Shown: positions 63,959 to 64,000 of the stretch, piece by piece
Numbering within the stretch: the stretch's first letter is position 1
Layout: every line of letters starts with the position of its first letter
Source: Octopus vulgaris
Taxonomy: Eukaryota
NCBI GenBank assembly: GCA_951406725.2
Contig: OX597819.1
Location: forward strand, 28,892,001 to 28,956,000
Reading direction: 5' to 3'
Length of the DNA stretch: 64,000 bases
Made by a program: the position numbers and the translations under genes
Notes under the pieces: generated by a model
Databases searched by the model: none
Told to the model about the DNA's origin: nothing
What the model saw: only the letters and a program-made list of their open reading frames with translations

Positions 63959-64000
63959 CAGTAATAATAATAGTAATGATAATAATAATAAGAAGAAGAA
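63890..64000. repeat. (AAAT)n/(AAT)n microsatellite
   Basis: Direct inspection. Confidence 0.9.

Overview
This 64 kb window is AT-rich, repeat-saturated eukaryotic intronic or intergenic DNA. The SINE families, the RTE tails ending in (GAT)n and the (TA/CA)n density look like an octopus (coleoid cephalopod) genome; this is inferred from recognised repeat families. No intact host protein-coding gene is supportable, and most ORFs in the track are microsatellite or SINE artefacts. The window holds three tRNA-derived SINE families, many RTE-clade LINE fragments, decayed mariner, Tc1 and Tigger transposons, piggyBac-type, 8-bp-TSD and foldback MITEs, a non-autonomous Helitron, a fossil Ty3/Gypsy pol split by a mariner, and a Penelope-like (PLE) GIY-YIG remnant. 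The most notable signal is a dense and sequence-diverse set of type I hammerhead ribozyme (HHR) motifs. Five have a complete core (22171-, 25499+, 30097-, 54641+, 61136+) and several more are degenerate. They sit in short non-coding elements, usually within (TA)n tracts, that repeatedly form head-to-head inverted duplications. The largest is a ~3.5 kb near-perfect foldback (22154-25640) with an HHR near each outer end. All translations, foldings and alignments were done by eye, and coordinates of degenerate elements are approximate.
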